NCBI GenBank assembly: GCA_903813345.2
Contig: CAIIXF020000001.1
Coordinates: 23,870,001 to 23,934,000 of the forward strand
Reading direction: 5' to 3'
DNA: 64,000 nt
From: Owenia fusiformis
Taxonomy: Eukaryota
Every line of letters starts with the position of its first letter. Within the stretch, counting starts at the first letter, position 1. The notes beneath the pieces are model-generated. The model was not told where the DNA came from and made no database searches. It worked only from the letters and a program-made list of their open reading frames with translations. Below are positions 12,401 to 24,800 of this stretch, piece after piece. The position numbers were made by a program, and so were the translations under genes.

Positions 12401-15400
12401 ATACTAATCCACGAAACTAATTAATCACTATAATTTTTTATCTTAGTGACAGTATGGTTTTAGACCTATTAGAGCAAATAGAAAAGCGGAATACCGATAT
12501 TCTAACCTCTCTACTTCAAACAACAATGTACATGCTGCTAGATATATCATGGAGGTCCATGATATATCGGAACAGTCAAGCACTTTAGCAAGTTATTTTG
12601 AGACAGGAAATATTCAGGAATAAAGACTCTTTGAATTCTTTGATTTCAGAATGATATCAATCATCTACATACAGCTTATTCCTTATGAGTTCCTTGCCAA
12701 GCCTGAATCTAAGTGTAACTGATATCATGAGACATTACATAGAATTTCTTTTTAGCATACCTATTTACGTCGATAATTATGTAATATTATGAGTCTTCGA
12801 GATCCACTTTCAATCATCATTTGTCATATCTCGATATGAATGAGTATTTAATTTGAGACCTGCTGGATGGTAATAAGATGGCGGGATTGCATCTGATAAC
12901 TTGATAACGATTTATGTGAAACAAAAGTAGCCAATCATTTTGATTTATCTGACCCCTTCTGTTGTTTCTCTTCGGGGGCGTGGCAAACCACAATGATAGC
13001 CAACAGTCTTGCTTCAAGACAGTTTACCCCCTGTATTATGCCCCCCCCCCCAGATCCGCCACTGGGGGGAAGGAGGGCAGTCTTGAGGCAAGACTAGATA
13101 GCCAATTCTGATTATACAAATCGTCCCATTATTTCCACGTTGTTACAATTGCATTTTTGCTGACATTGAGAAATCAGAGGTCATTGAGTCATTTTTAAAA
13201 ACCTATTTTTTCGAGATCGTCCCATTATTTCCACAATGTTATTACTATTAGTCAAGATCAAAATTATGTATCTGATTGGTTCTGCTGCCTACCCGAACGG
13301 ATATGACAAGGTGGGTCTAATTTTTTTCCTCATTTTGAACTGATGTGGCACTGGATCCATTTAAATGGACGTCAGAAATGAATTCCTCGTGAAAAATTGA
13401 GAAAGATAGTATACTTATCTCAAAACCTGTAAAAAGTGAGTTATAACAATGTCAGGCACCCTGTCTGATCAACTTATTAGGGCCTCATGTCACATTTAAC
13501 TGATCTTGAAGTTGTCGCATTAAACCAACTGACGTTGTTCGTAAATGGGTCTCATAGCTGTCACAATATGTCCACCGATGACGTACGTAAAAAAATCTGT
13601 CACATTAGGGCAAATAGCGCCGTGTGTAACCTGTAGTCTTATTCAAAGCTGTTATAAACCAGGTACACCTAAAATATTATATAAGTAAATAGAATGATCG
13701 TGCAATATCGACAATAAAAGTCGAGACGGAAAAGGTATTCAGTGTGTCAGTTGGAGACCTTTGAAGACATTGCTTGGAGTGCTTTATCCTGGTATGCTTT
13801 CTAGTGATTAATTAAATACAACGACGATGACAGAGATACGTCATTGAAGACAAAAACAAGAGATCGCCTTAAAAGTGAAGGTCTTCGCTGTCCAAAAGTA
13901 CCATCAATAGCTTTGTCCTCAGTGTTTAAAAACATGATAATCATCGAAAAACGTCAATATGTCAGTAATACGTCTGTGCTTTATCCTCGGTATATGCTTG
14001 TTCTAGTGATGAACAAAATGCGACGGCGATGACGTAATTTGAGACACAAACAAGATATCACCTTAAAATGGAGGTCTCACTGTCTATAATAACTATCATC
14101 AAGGCTTTAACATGACAAAATGTCACCACCTAGTTGCTCATAATATTATGAGTTCAATCTGAAGTCGGATTTGAACTTCTGAGAACTTGTAGATGATTTT
14201 GAAAAAATCTGGTCAATTTATTACCTTGAGAGAAGGCCAGTGAAGGTCAAATCTCAAATTTAAAGTCAGATTTGAACTTTTGAGAACTTGTAGATGATTT
14301 TGAAAAAAATTCTCAATTAGGAGCAAGTTGAAAAAATACCCTTTTGACCTTTTTTGACCTTGAGAAGGTCATTGAAGGTCAAATCTAAAGTCAGATTTGA
14401 ACCTCTGAGAACTTGAAAAATGAAGTTATTGGAAGTTTTAATAATATGTCACCACTTTTATGTAATCAGTGCTAAATGCATAATAATTGTCTAAATACTT
14501 CCAAGATACATTTTTTGTCCAACGAACACACTTATCCGTGTCAAACCTAGTATCATCGGGCGTTGCACACAGTATATTAGCTTTAGCTAGGTGATTACTA
14601 TCCCTTGATTCAGATTTGTATTCTAGTACTCATCACATTTTGCAAACACAAAATGCTCAGTTATATTCTCTATTTTATCAATCGAAAAAGAAGTTACCAC
14701 ATGGCAAACAATAGTTTACTTTGCTGTCGGTTATGTATGTGTGTATGTTCCAGTAAATATGTTAACACTAGCTATCTTTTCTAGCATACTTTTTGGAGGC
14801 ATAATGATATCTATAATTGTATTTCTTGCTTCATTCAATTCATATAAATTGTAATATATTTTTATATTATACAACTTTTGATTTTAGCACTGATATGCCC
14901 TTTTATGGGTATCAAGTGCCAACACTGCTAATGCAATACTAAATGAATATGATAATAAATAAATTAAAAAAAACAAAAAAAAATCTAATGTGGGGCTTTC
15001 CGAAAGTAATTTTAGATGCAATCTCAAATGTCTTGGTCTGTTTAATCCCCATGAACATAGCATTTTTGTCCATGATCCATGTAGTTCTAGATTGAAACGT
15101 ATCTTGTTACAATATTTTACACATAATTTGTCAAATTAAATGTCAATATCATCATAATATGGTCATGAGAGTCATCCTTCTAGATAATCGATGTGTTTTA
15201 AGCCAACTTGGCTATCCGTTAACAATTCCGTAACATTTTGCCCATAGCGTATTACTGATAGCTTAAATAGCTCATTGGTTATCATCCTGATTGATGACTC
15301 CAAAACAAATAGCAATCACATGTATAAATCGTAATGACCATAATGTAATTTCCAAGATGATTGCATTTTTATATCACAACAAATAAAATGTATAAACTTT

Positions 15401-18400
15401 TTATAATTTCATCAAACCAAGCATGGGCTTTCTAGTTGAAAGCCCATGAACCAAGCAAAGAATATCCAATACAATATGGTATATTGGCTAATAGTGTACG
15501 CACACATTTTCAAGGTTTATCACATATAGCAATTTCTTTATTTCTAAATTAATCAGAGATTCTCTGTTGGATAAAATGTACGATGCGTATTAGAATTGCG
15601 TTAACAATGTACATGTATACTTTAACTTCTCATTTTCTTCCAGGAAATCGACGAAGACGCGCAATTTAATGGTATAGATGGTACGATGAAAGTGTCATTG
15701 CCATGGCAACAGTGGAACGAGAGATTCTGGCTCCTATACGCCATAACAATCACTTCTCTCAATGCTAGATTTCTAGAAAAGGCTATTCCTGGCTACGGGA
15801 GCTTCAGACAGAGTTTTCAAAGGGATGTTTATACAGGTATTGTACTATACAGATAATGTATAGAGTGAATCAGGAATTTTACTGATTCAAAGTTTATTAT
15901 TCATGATTGGTCTCAAACTTTCTGAGATGACTAAGAATTGATGCAAGTTTTGTTCCATATCAGTCGTTTTTCTATGCATCGTGTTCAGGTGGCGGCCAAT
16001 CAAATCATCATGTTCATTTTAGTTTGAGACCAGTCATGCCAATAATAAAAAAATATGAGTTATTGCACTTTAAAATCAATAACATTTTTTGGCCCAGCCT
16101 GTATATTCAGCAATGTCTATTATTCACAACGATATCGTGAACTCATAATAGTGATAGTGATACTTTGGTTCTTTGCTAAAATGACTGTACAGTGAAAAAT
16201 ATCATTATCATTGTTGAAATATCATAGCTGTCTTATGTACCCTACTGCATATCGCGAAGTGCATATCGCGAAGTGAATAATCCTTCTATGAATTTTGTAA
16301 CTGCTAAACCTTTAGGGATATATTGGGAAATGCATAACCTGTAATAAATACTTACAGGTGACGTTGATTATCAAAAGGTATATATGCGATCGGATTGCTG
16401 TATTTTAATGAGGCATTACAGGTTACAAAAATAATGAAAACATTATACATGAATATATTATAGCGCGTTGGGGTGAATGGGGGTGCGTTGATGGTGAATC
16501 AGGGCATTTGGCCTATAAACACATGTCTTTTATATAATTCTATGTATTTATAATCTAGGTAAATTCCAATTCAAAATTTGGCGGTTTGGCGACTGGGAAG
16601 ATATCATAGTTGACGATCAGATTCCAACACTTGACGATGAACCTGCCTATTGTCCGGCACTGGGAGAATACAAAGAATATTGGCCATCACTTTTGGAAAA
16701 GGCGTATGCAAAGTAAGAAAATTCGCTAATTCGCTTCCATTTCGAATGTTCAGGAAAATTTTACCAACAGTGTCACGATTTAAGAGTACATTCTCCATTT
16801 TATAAATCTCTATGTTTTTTGTAAAAAAAACACCACTCGGTCCACTGTAAAATTTGTGTTTTTTTGTTTTAAATCCCTACCTCCCTATACATCCATTGTT
16901 AATCCCTAACACTACGTAAACATGTATGTTTTTACTTTTTAATCCCCACTACTTAAATCGTTTGTTTTAGATTTTAAATCACGAGGAAATTTTTCAATAT
17001 GTGATCCATATTACACATGCTTAATGGGATCTTCATTGTATCAACAATACGCTATGGGTTAACCCAACTAATTAATTGTTATAACATGCGTATTCCCATA
17101 CAAACGATCTGTCTTCCAGAGAAAACTAAGATTTGTGGACATATTTTGCTATCATTCCATCATACCCCAGTATGTCCTCTGTCAGTCAAAAAAGTTTGAA
17201 TCAAAACTCCCCCCGAAAATCAAAAGATCTCACCTGTTGAAGACGCCATCTATAGAAAATGTCAAAAAATGTCATTCTGATTTTGACAGATGGAGGCAGG
17301 TCAAAAAGGTCACATATACTTTTTCATTCATGTACTTACCAAAATCCAACCACTGGTGATGCTAATGTAATGACAATAATTGGACTATATTTTTGTTTTT
17401 GTAATGCCGTCTATCCTTCCCACTCGGCGGAAGGATCAATAGGTTGTGTGTCTCCTATTATATTTTTGATTGGCACAGGATGTAACGCGCCTGCAAATTA
17501 ACCCTGCAAATTAATGATTGTCATCATAACCGATGATCTATAGGAACACCAAGTAAATGATTATATATTTGGTTTCCCCTGATGGTATGTGAGGAAAGGG
17601 GTAGTACGGAATATAGATCCAAGCTAAACTACAATTGCCAATGTAAACATGTACATGACCAAAATTCCAAAACAAAAAATCAATTATCGGTGAGGTTATG
17701 ATCTTTTTTATCGAAAATAACAATGATATTTTACATCAATGTAATTTTAGGTGTTTCAAAGCCTATGAAGTCCTTGAGCTAGGCAACCCTCTAAATGCAG
17801 TAACAGACTTTACTGGTGCAATTTGTGAGATGTTCAGAATCGATCAGCTGAAGAACGAAGACCTTTTTCACCTGCTGCATAAGTCTTGTATTAACAGGTA
17901 AGGCTAATGACCTAGGACTGTCACGGTTTTTACACGTATTATCGATGACGTCCTTGGTATTATGTATAAATCAAGTTGCTCGTTCGCGCTGTTGACGTGA
18001 TTTCGATGTCATGTCATCCTCATTGGCGTCATGTGTCTTGGGACCTGGTTAAATGTATATCATGCATGTCACGTTTTTTATCTATTGTTGGATGTTTTGC
18101 ACCGGATTCAGCACTTGGTTTCCATGGTAATGAATGTTTTAATATCCTGTCACATAAGTATGTTTCATATGGGAATAACGTTACCTCAGTATTTAAGAAC
18201 TTAGAACATCTTCACTATCTAATTGTGTTTATAATTAGACGAAATAATATCACTTATCACGTCACCTTCGTGTGCACTGCAGGTTACCTGGTAATCAATG
18301 ACATTATCAGATGTGAATTGATATCATCTTGATTCACAAGGTTTCAGTTACTCCAACTTTATTGTTACATGAAGATGGATATTATCCTGTTTCATTATTT

Positions 18401-21400
18401 ATGAGCATGTGGTAGTATAATTGTCATAGGCTGGTACATCTACCTGATCCTACTGATTTAGAACCTAGTTCATTATTTGTGAATGTTCTAGCTTACGAGA
18501 GTGATATAACTTTCCCAAATACACAGCAGAAATTAAAACGGAATGCCAGATCAATGACCAAGTGTTTCTATGGTTATGCTCAAGATACCATTTTTCAGAT
18601 CTATGATAACGTGCTGGAGAAAGATATCAAAGCCTTCCCAAGACGGTGTAGAAATCCTAGCAACACCATCCAGAGTTGTTCCCATAGTAACTAAATTGTC
18701 AAATCAGAGCGGTACAGATGACAACCAGAGAGGTCATCTTCACATTATAACGTCTGCCGCTAAGGTATCTAAGAAAAAATTGATTCTGGAAAATATAAAG
18801 CACTGATAAAGAAACAATGCTCAATTTTACATATGTTTTATATACTGCCACTATCAGAGAAAGTACAAATATAGTACAATGTATAACTTTATAAAAATAG
18901 TAGTCAGTGAAGTGTTAAACAATAGCTATGGCCAAAAATATAAATTCTCTATAGAAGGTATAGGAGAAATGCAAGACATATCACACTTTAGGAAAACATA
19001 TGTATCAAGAGAATAAGGAATATTTATGAGCTATACCAACAGAAAATGATGTTGGATATACAGTTCCAATTATGCTTATTGTCTCTTTGTTTTTCAGTTT
19101 CCACTGAAGGATGGATGTGTTAAGCACATGCTCCGGATTAAGAACCCCTATGCAAAATATGTGAAGCTGCAGTCAAACTTTTCTGACAGGTAAGGTTATA
19201 CTTTCTTTGTTAAAGGTAAATGCACATTGAAATTTGAACTTCTAATACCCGTCGATAGAAAAACTAGTCACTAAACTTTTTACCAAAATGGCTACAACAT
19301 TGTACACACGTTAGGTTTTAAAACTGTATAATATAATGAGTCTAATCGTCTACAATTGTATCCAATTGAATCTTAAATATTAGGATAAGAATGAATAAAT
19401 GAAGCATGTGCTTATGATTAACATTTTACCACCCTGAAAAGTTAAGAACCCAAATCTAGGAGCAATGATTTTAAAAGCTGAAAACGATCCGTATACTTTT
19501 GTTTAATCAAGGCGTTCCACTGTTTATAGTAATAACTGTGCTTGGAGCAACTTTGACAAGGATTTCATGAGGAAGTATGACCCGCTTGGAAGTAAAGACA
19601 TCAATGAGTGCTGGATGTCATTGGAAGACTTCTATTGTCAGTTTGATGGTATTGTATTGTGTAGTTCGACTGAACCGTTTAAAGATGGGAGATATACTCA
19701 AGAGCGAAGAGTTCGAGATACAAACACTGACCTATATGAAACAGATTCTGAGGGATTTGGATGTGTAGTCGAAGACAATAATCGCCACTTTAAAGGGCAC
19801 TATACAATCGCCCAGGAGAATCCAGTAAGTTCCAGGCGGGAAAATATACAAAGACTTGCTCACGTTAAACATTGCTGGACACAGCGTAGACAATCGTCAA
19901 GTGATTTTACAGCTGTCGGTCATGAGCACACCGCCAAGAGAGCAGTTGGCGCTGCGCACATACCACAAATGTTACGAATCAGTATGGACGATTCAATGAC
20001 TAATGTATGTCAAACACCGCCCACTCCGAATAAACAGTGCCTATCACAAGGCCACTCACTTTCCTCCTTTTCCTTTGGGGGTTCAGCACAAAACCTCTTA
20101 GCTAAAGGAGAGTCTAAACATTCCGTTGGTAGTGCTCAAAGTGTTTCTCACATCTTCATGTCTTTTACCCAAAGCCCAAAATTACAGGATCAACGAGATC
20201 ATAACTCGGATGCTGCGTTTAATGACCTTCACAGTATGGAGGACACATTGAATCATACTCCACAGAGGAGGCATTCTCGACCTTGCCTAAGGCCAGTCAA
20301 GAAGGAGGAACTCTCAGAAAAGGAGCTCAAGTATAAATGTAATTCTACCTTATTTGAGTCCAGAATGGACCATTTCACTTCACACGGAAGCTGGAAACAA
20401 CTTCTGTTTCACAAAGGGGAATGGGGAAATACAGGTTGGTATTTTTCACTTATCTGCAATGATGGAGATGTTTATCATGTGTGATATTGTTTTAAAAAAT
20501 ATATATAGTTTTTATGTGCTTCAAGTATCTCCCCGAGTATTTCAAGTAAGATTCCCAAAAATACAACCCAATTTCTCCGAACGATTGTCAACATGCCTCT
20601 TATAAATGAACCGATCACCCATTGTGTATCTTACTCTTTATTTTTATGAATTAACATCATGCTCTGCTTTAAGATACACCACACGAATGTAAAATGGGAA
20701 GATTCGAGAGAAGCTGTCGCATTCTTTTGACTTTATCTAAACCAGACGAAGCACCTAGCGGCAAGACAATATCACCAAGAGTCCATTCTGCTAAAACCCA
20801 TACTATCATCTCCTTAATGCAAGACTATAGTCAAGGCAGTCGAATTGTCAACACATTTGTCTCCAAGATTGGATTTGAAGTCTATAGAGTAAGTTTTTTG
20901 CCTCATACATCCCTCTCCATCTCTGTCCCTTCATCTGCGATGCACATTGATTGATGCTACGGACATCAGAATGTTTATAAATTTACACTTTATTACAGCG
21001 GTTCAACCAAGTTATCTCACTACTCGGGGGAAACCCCATCTTCGTTTACTCGGCTCCCGTCGATGAACGCAGTGAAGACCGAGCGTGCGAAGATGGGGAA
21101 ACCCATTGAGTTGTACTTTAAAAACACTTTAAATCAATAGTACCCAGGGCAGAAGTCACGAATGTTTAATTCCCTTTTTAATTATACACATATAATATAT
21201 ATGATTAATAATCTTCAATCACATTTACACAAACTTCAAAGTATTTTTATTTGGCCCACATCTCATTTACTTCTTTAAACATGAAGATCATTTGACAAAA
21301 TTGTCTAATTGAACTTGTCCATTATTGAAAGAAATATGAAGGACGATTAAAATAAAAATTGAATAGGGGTCAAAGAAAATATTTTGAAGTTTATCCTGTT

Positions 21401-22080
21401 TAGAAATTATAAAAAGTATTCAGAAACGAAAAGGATTATTAGGAAAATAGAATCACACCACCAGTTCTGTTCTGGCTACTACTAGCTACTGCAATCTGAA
21501 TTCAACCATTCATTTTACACAGATTCACAACCCAGTAAAAGATGAAAAGAAAACTCTCCAGAAACTTCATATGGTTGCCGAAAAGACCTCACAACACGAG
21601 GAGAGAGAAGTGACTCTACGTTTAAACCTTGATCCTGGTAGTTATTTTATTGTACCATATATCAAGGGAGGCTCTAAGAAAGGCCGGTTCTTGTTGAGGG
21701 TGCTTGGGGATAGCGACCACAGCAGTTCATTGGTGCAGAATGGATGGTAAATATGAGTTTTAGCTATTTGAAAACATGTTTGAGATATCTGATCAGATAT
21801 GGACGATTTTGAAGATTTAACATGCAAAATTGGCCAAACTCACTGGCTATAGAAAGATATGTCCATCTTTTCAAACGTATTGCCACAATCGAAGAATTTT
21901 CATGGTGACATGTCGGACAAACTGTTTGTCATCTGTTAGGAATATTTGAATGTTGTCAAATTGTGACACTTAACTTTCCTCAGTCTTTTTAAAGCATCTT
22001 TAAGTTATGCCTGAATGAAAATAATTAGAAAGTTTTGCCCTAATTTTTTCATTTTTCTTCATTCCAGTGTGATATCATAG
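9479..22080 (+). CDS. Calpain-family protein (CysPc + insertion + C2-like/CBSW domain), predicted catalytically inactive, C-terminal CaaX; ~770 aa, 10 exons
   Basis: Exons 9479-9682, 15644-15836, 16559-16712, 17751-17897, 18599-18764, 19098-19189, 19530-20434, 20674-20888, 21523-21746, 22068-22080; all GT-AG and phase-compatible (2313 nt). Calpain motifs: LFIDQTFPA, FKRP, WRFGDWEDIIVDDQIP, YWPSLLEKAYAK, DFTGA, RGH, LRIKNPY, ECWMSLEDF, IGFEVY, REVTLRLNLDPGSYFIVP, GRFLLRV. Confidence 0.9.
13779..14108. repeat. Diverged tandem duplication (~197-bp period)
   Basis: GTGCTTTATCCT...TTCTAGTGAT...AAACAAGA...CCTTAAAA block occurs at ~13779 and again at ~13976. Confidence 0.6.
14150..14420. repeat. 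Degenerate tandem repeat with TGACCTTGA/GAAGGTCAA motifs
   Basis: Three copies of AAGTC(A/G)GATTTGAAC..TGAGAACTTG interleaved with ACCTTGAGA..GG.CA.TGAAGGTCAAATCT. Confidence 0.7.
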
Positions 22081-22336
22081 GAAAAATACAAAAGTCAAAG
22101 TTCGACGCTAAACAATATTTCAGAGGATGTTCCTTACGTCCAGAATTAAATTTAATATACAGTGCTGATGTAAATTGTGAATGATACTGTGAGAAAGAGA
22201 CCTAGTCTCAAATATATATTTTTATCTTGATATTCTATATAGCGGGTCCGAGCATAATGTTAGTGCAAACGCCTCTAAGAAAAGGCCCATTAGTCAAACT
22301 AGCGCGTCTCCATTGGGAGAATATAAATATATACAG

Positions 22337-22764
22337 AATATCACATCATTTTGAGTGATATCATTTTTATCGCCGAGTTGATATCAAATAAAATTATCAA
22401 CACGAGTGAGCGAAGCGAATGAGTGTTGATATTTGATATCTACGAGGCGATAAAATGATATCACGAGAAATTATGTGATATTGGGTTTATCCCATGATTA
22501 CAATCACCTTGTGATGTTCTGATCCAATTTCCAGGACACTGGCAGACCTATTTTCTCAAAGAGAATAAATTATCTGACCTATTTTCCAACAATATTGTGG
22601 CGCGAAATGCAAATGTGATATCACACGGATATGCGTGAGATAAACGATATCACACGCATATGAGTTTGATAAACGATTTTCTGGAAAATATCACACGGAT
22701 TGCAATAATATAAGAGATATCAATAGCTGTTATTGTACAGATAACACATTAATCGTGGGATAAA
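22337..22764. mobile_element. Non-autonomous hairpin element (Crypton-like architecture)
   Basis: ~145-nt imperfect hairpin at 22337-22482 with a GAGCGAAGCGAA loop. Second inverted pair TTTATCCCATGATTA (22486-22500) / TAATCGTGGGATAAA (22750-22764). Internal ATATCACACG repeats. Family label is inference. Confidence 0.5.
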
Positions 22765-23498
22765 TAAAGATATCACTTGGAATGTGATGGATAATGGATA
22801 TCCATAGAAAAATGATTAGCAATGGAATCGACAATTAAGCCTAAAGACAACGGGTATCAAATGACGTGTGTACTGTATGTACTTGGTACATTTGTGAATT
22901 GGAAAGTGAATGTGGACATAAATATCAACCGTGATGTGATGGAAGCTGCTCGTTTTGATATGAAACCAACCAAGTCATGTTTTCAAGATGATTACAATGT
23001 GGCGTATAATACTTTTATGTTCGTAATAGCATATAAATAAGCGATATTATACACTTAATTAACAGGCATACATTTGGATCACAGGGATTTTTATATAACA
23101 TAGCCTATAGATGATATTATATTCAAGATGTGTCTGCATGATTATGAGTTCAGTGTCTCTTTTACATAACGTTACTATAATGACCTTGATATATAGAACA
23201 TTATTATGTCTTTCATATCATATTCAGTAATGACCAGTTACATGAAGGTACCACATGGAGGGGACAATTATTGGAAACAATGAGGGGCCAATTATATGAA
23301 ACAATGGCATCTGTTTGACCATTGTATCTTGTGATATATTTAATAGTGATATTAGTGATATTTGGCCTAACTGGCCAAAAAATCAGCATGTCTATGTTAC
23401 CATAAATGATGAGTACAATATTACATAAAGTTATGTAAGATATAAAGTAGAAATACAAAAAGTTAAGTACCACTATCTACAGCAAGCTACATATTTTG

Positions 23499-24285
23499 TT
23501 AAATAAGTTGTATATAGCAGCAGTGCTTTCCCCTTGTTTTGAGATATTTATGGTTTAGTTGTGTTGTAATGAAATCCTGACCATTGTATTTCATTAATCT
23601 AACATTTACTCTAAAAAGAACCCACTCTTGTTCTAGGTTTTCACAAGAGAATAGATAATGTACTATATTTTCCTCTTCAACATAACATAAAGCACAAATT
23701 CTAGATTTTGTCACATGGTTTAATGTTTTAAGCCCTGTACTCAGTGCAATGTGGAAGGACCATTCCTTGAAGGTGTTGCTTTCCAAAATATGCACGAGAT
23801 ACGCAGTATCGAGTGTTGATTTTAGGAAATAACGCCTGGAAGAAATGGTCATTCCACAATGCATTGAGTCTTGAGCTTGAATTCTTCTAACACATTGTAA
23901 AATATTCTCCAGCATGTCACTTAAAAGATACGAAATCACTAAAAGAACATATTTTCAATGAAAGATTTTGCAAGTGTCAAATTTGCAAACCATCAATTTC
24001 AATATGTAGATTCAAGTTGTAACCTTGACAACCACATAAGGAGTAACCTTAGATGCGGTGATTGGGGATCTAATGCACTGCGGTTCTATGAAATAATGTG
24101 TTTGGGTTGGCTGAAATCGGACACACCTTTACTGGCTATTTGTGATAATATCAAATACAGTAACAAAATGATTTTGCTTCCAATACAGTGGATGAGGGCG
24201 TTTGATTTAAGGATTTAAGCCCTGGATTCAGTGCATTGTGTGCTGAATCATTCCATTGAGGAAATTGGACAAAATCAATAAAAGA
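23499..24285 (-). mobile_element. Degenerate non-LTR retrotransposon ORF2 3' fragment
   Basis: Minus-strand ORF 23499-23939 contains CALCYVEEENIVHYLFSC (C-x2-C-x8-H-x4-C), the C-terminal zinc-knuckle of LINE ORF2 proteins. Upstream boundary is approximate. Confidence 0.65.
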
Positions 24286-24288
24286 ACA

Positions 24289-24800
24289 CAGGGTGTCTCA
24301 AAAAAGGAATTCGAGATTGAATTACTTATTTCTCAAAGATGAAGAATATTAGGGAAGTTCCAAAGGTATCACCATTTGTGTCTTTATGTCTTCTTTCATA
24401 TAATACCAAGATCTCCTATTTTTCTCCACAGATGACTGACCAATGAGGGATTTAAGTGACCATATCAGAAATGGGTTTGTGCCACTTTCAGCCAAGTCAA
24501 TTTCACCATCATTATATAGTGACAACAAACATCAGGATATTACTCTTCTACTCATTGATTCCAATATTTAACACCCTTTTTAAATTCCAATGTCCATTTG
24601 TAAAGTTGTTTTAACCACTGTGTCCTTCAATATGACCCACATTCCTTTCAATGCAAATGTTTTCCCTAGATCCCATCGCACACCCTGATGATGTCTCTGT
24701 GTCCCCTTAGATCCTCCATTGGTGCAACAATTCTGGCTCTTAGATCATCAGCGTCTCTCGGTGATGTTGTGTAGACTTCATCCTTGAGATATCCCCAAAT
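24289..24800 (-). mobile_element. Tc1/mariner transposon remnant (3' end)
   Basis: TIR CAGGGTGTCTCAAAA at 24289. Minus strand 24630-24800 reads IWGYLKDEVYTTSPRDADDLRARI...(frameshift) ICIERNVGHIEG, the C-terminus of mariner-like transposases. Confidence 0.8.

Noticed and set aside
12541-12568. GATATATCATGGAGGTCCATGATATATC palindrome as another footprint
   Set aside because: Very short core and low-complexity ATATAT flanks; could be chance.
13041-13064. CCCCCCAGATCCGCCACTG, a hAT-like right TIR
   Set aside because: No convincing left TIR or TSD nearby, so element boundaries cannot be defined.
18479-18694. Alternative calpain exon 5 using the AG at ~18549
   Set aside because: That frame stops at 18694 and lacks the catalytic-His motif. 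The acceptor at 18598 gives RSMITC...RGH in the correct phase.
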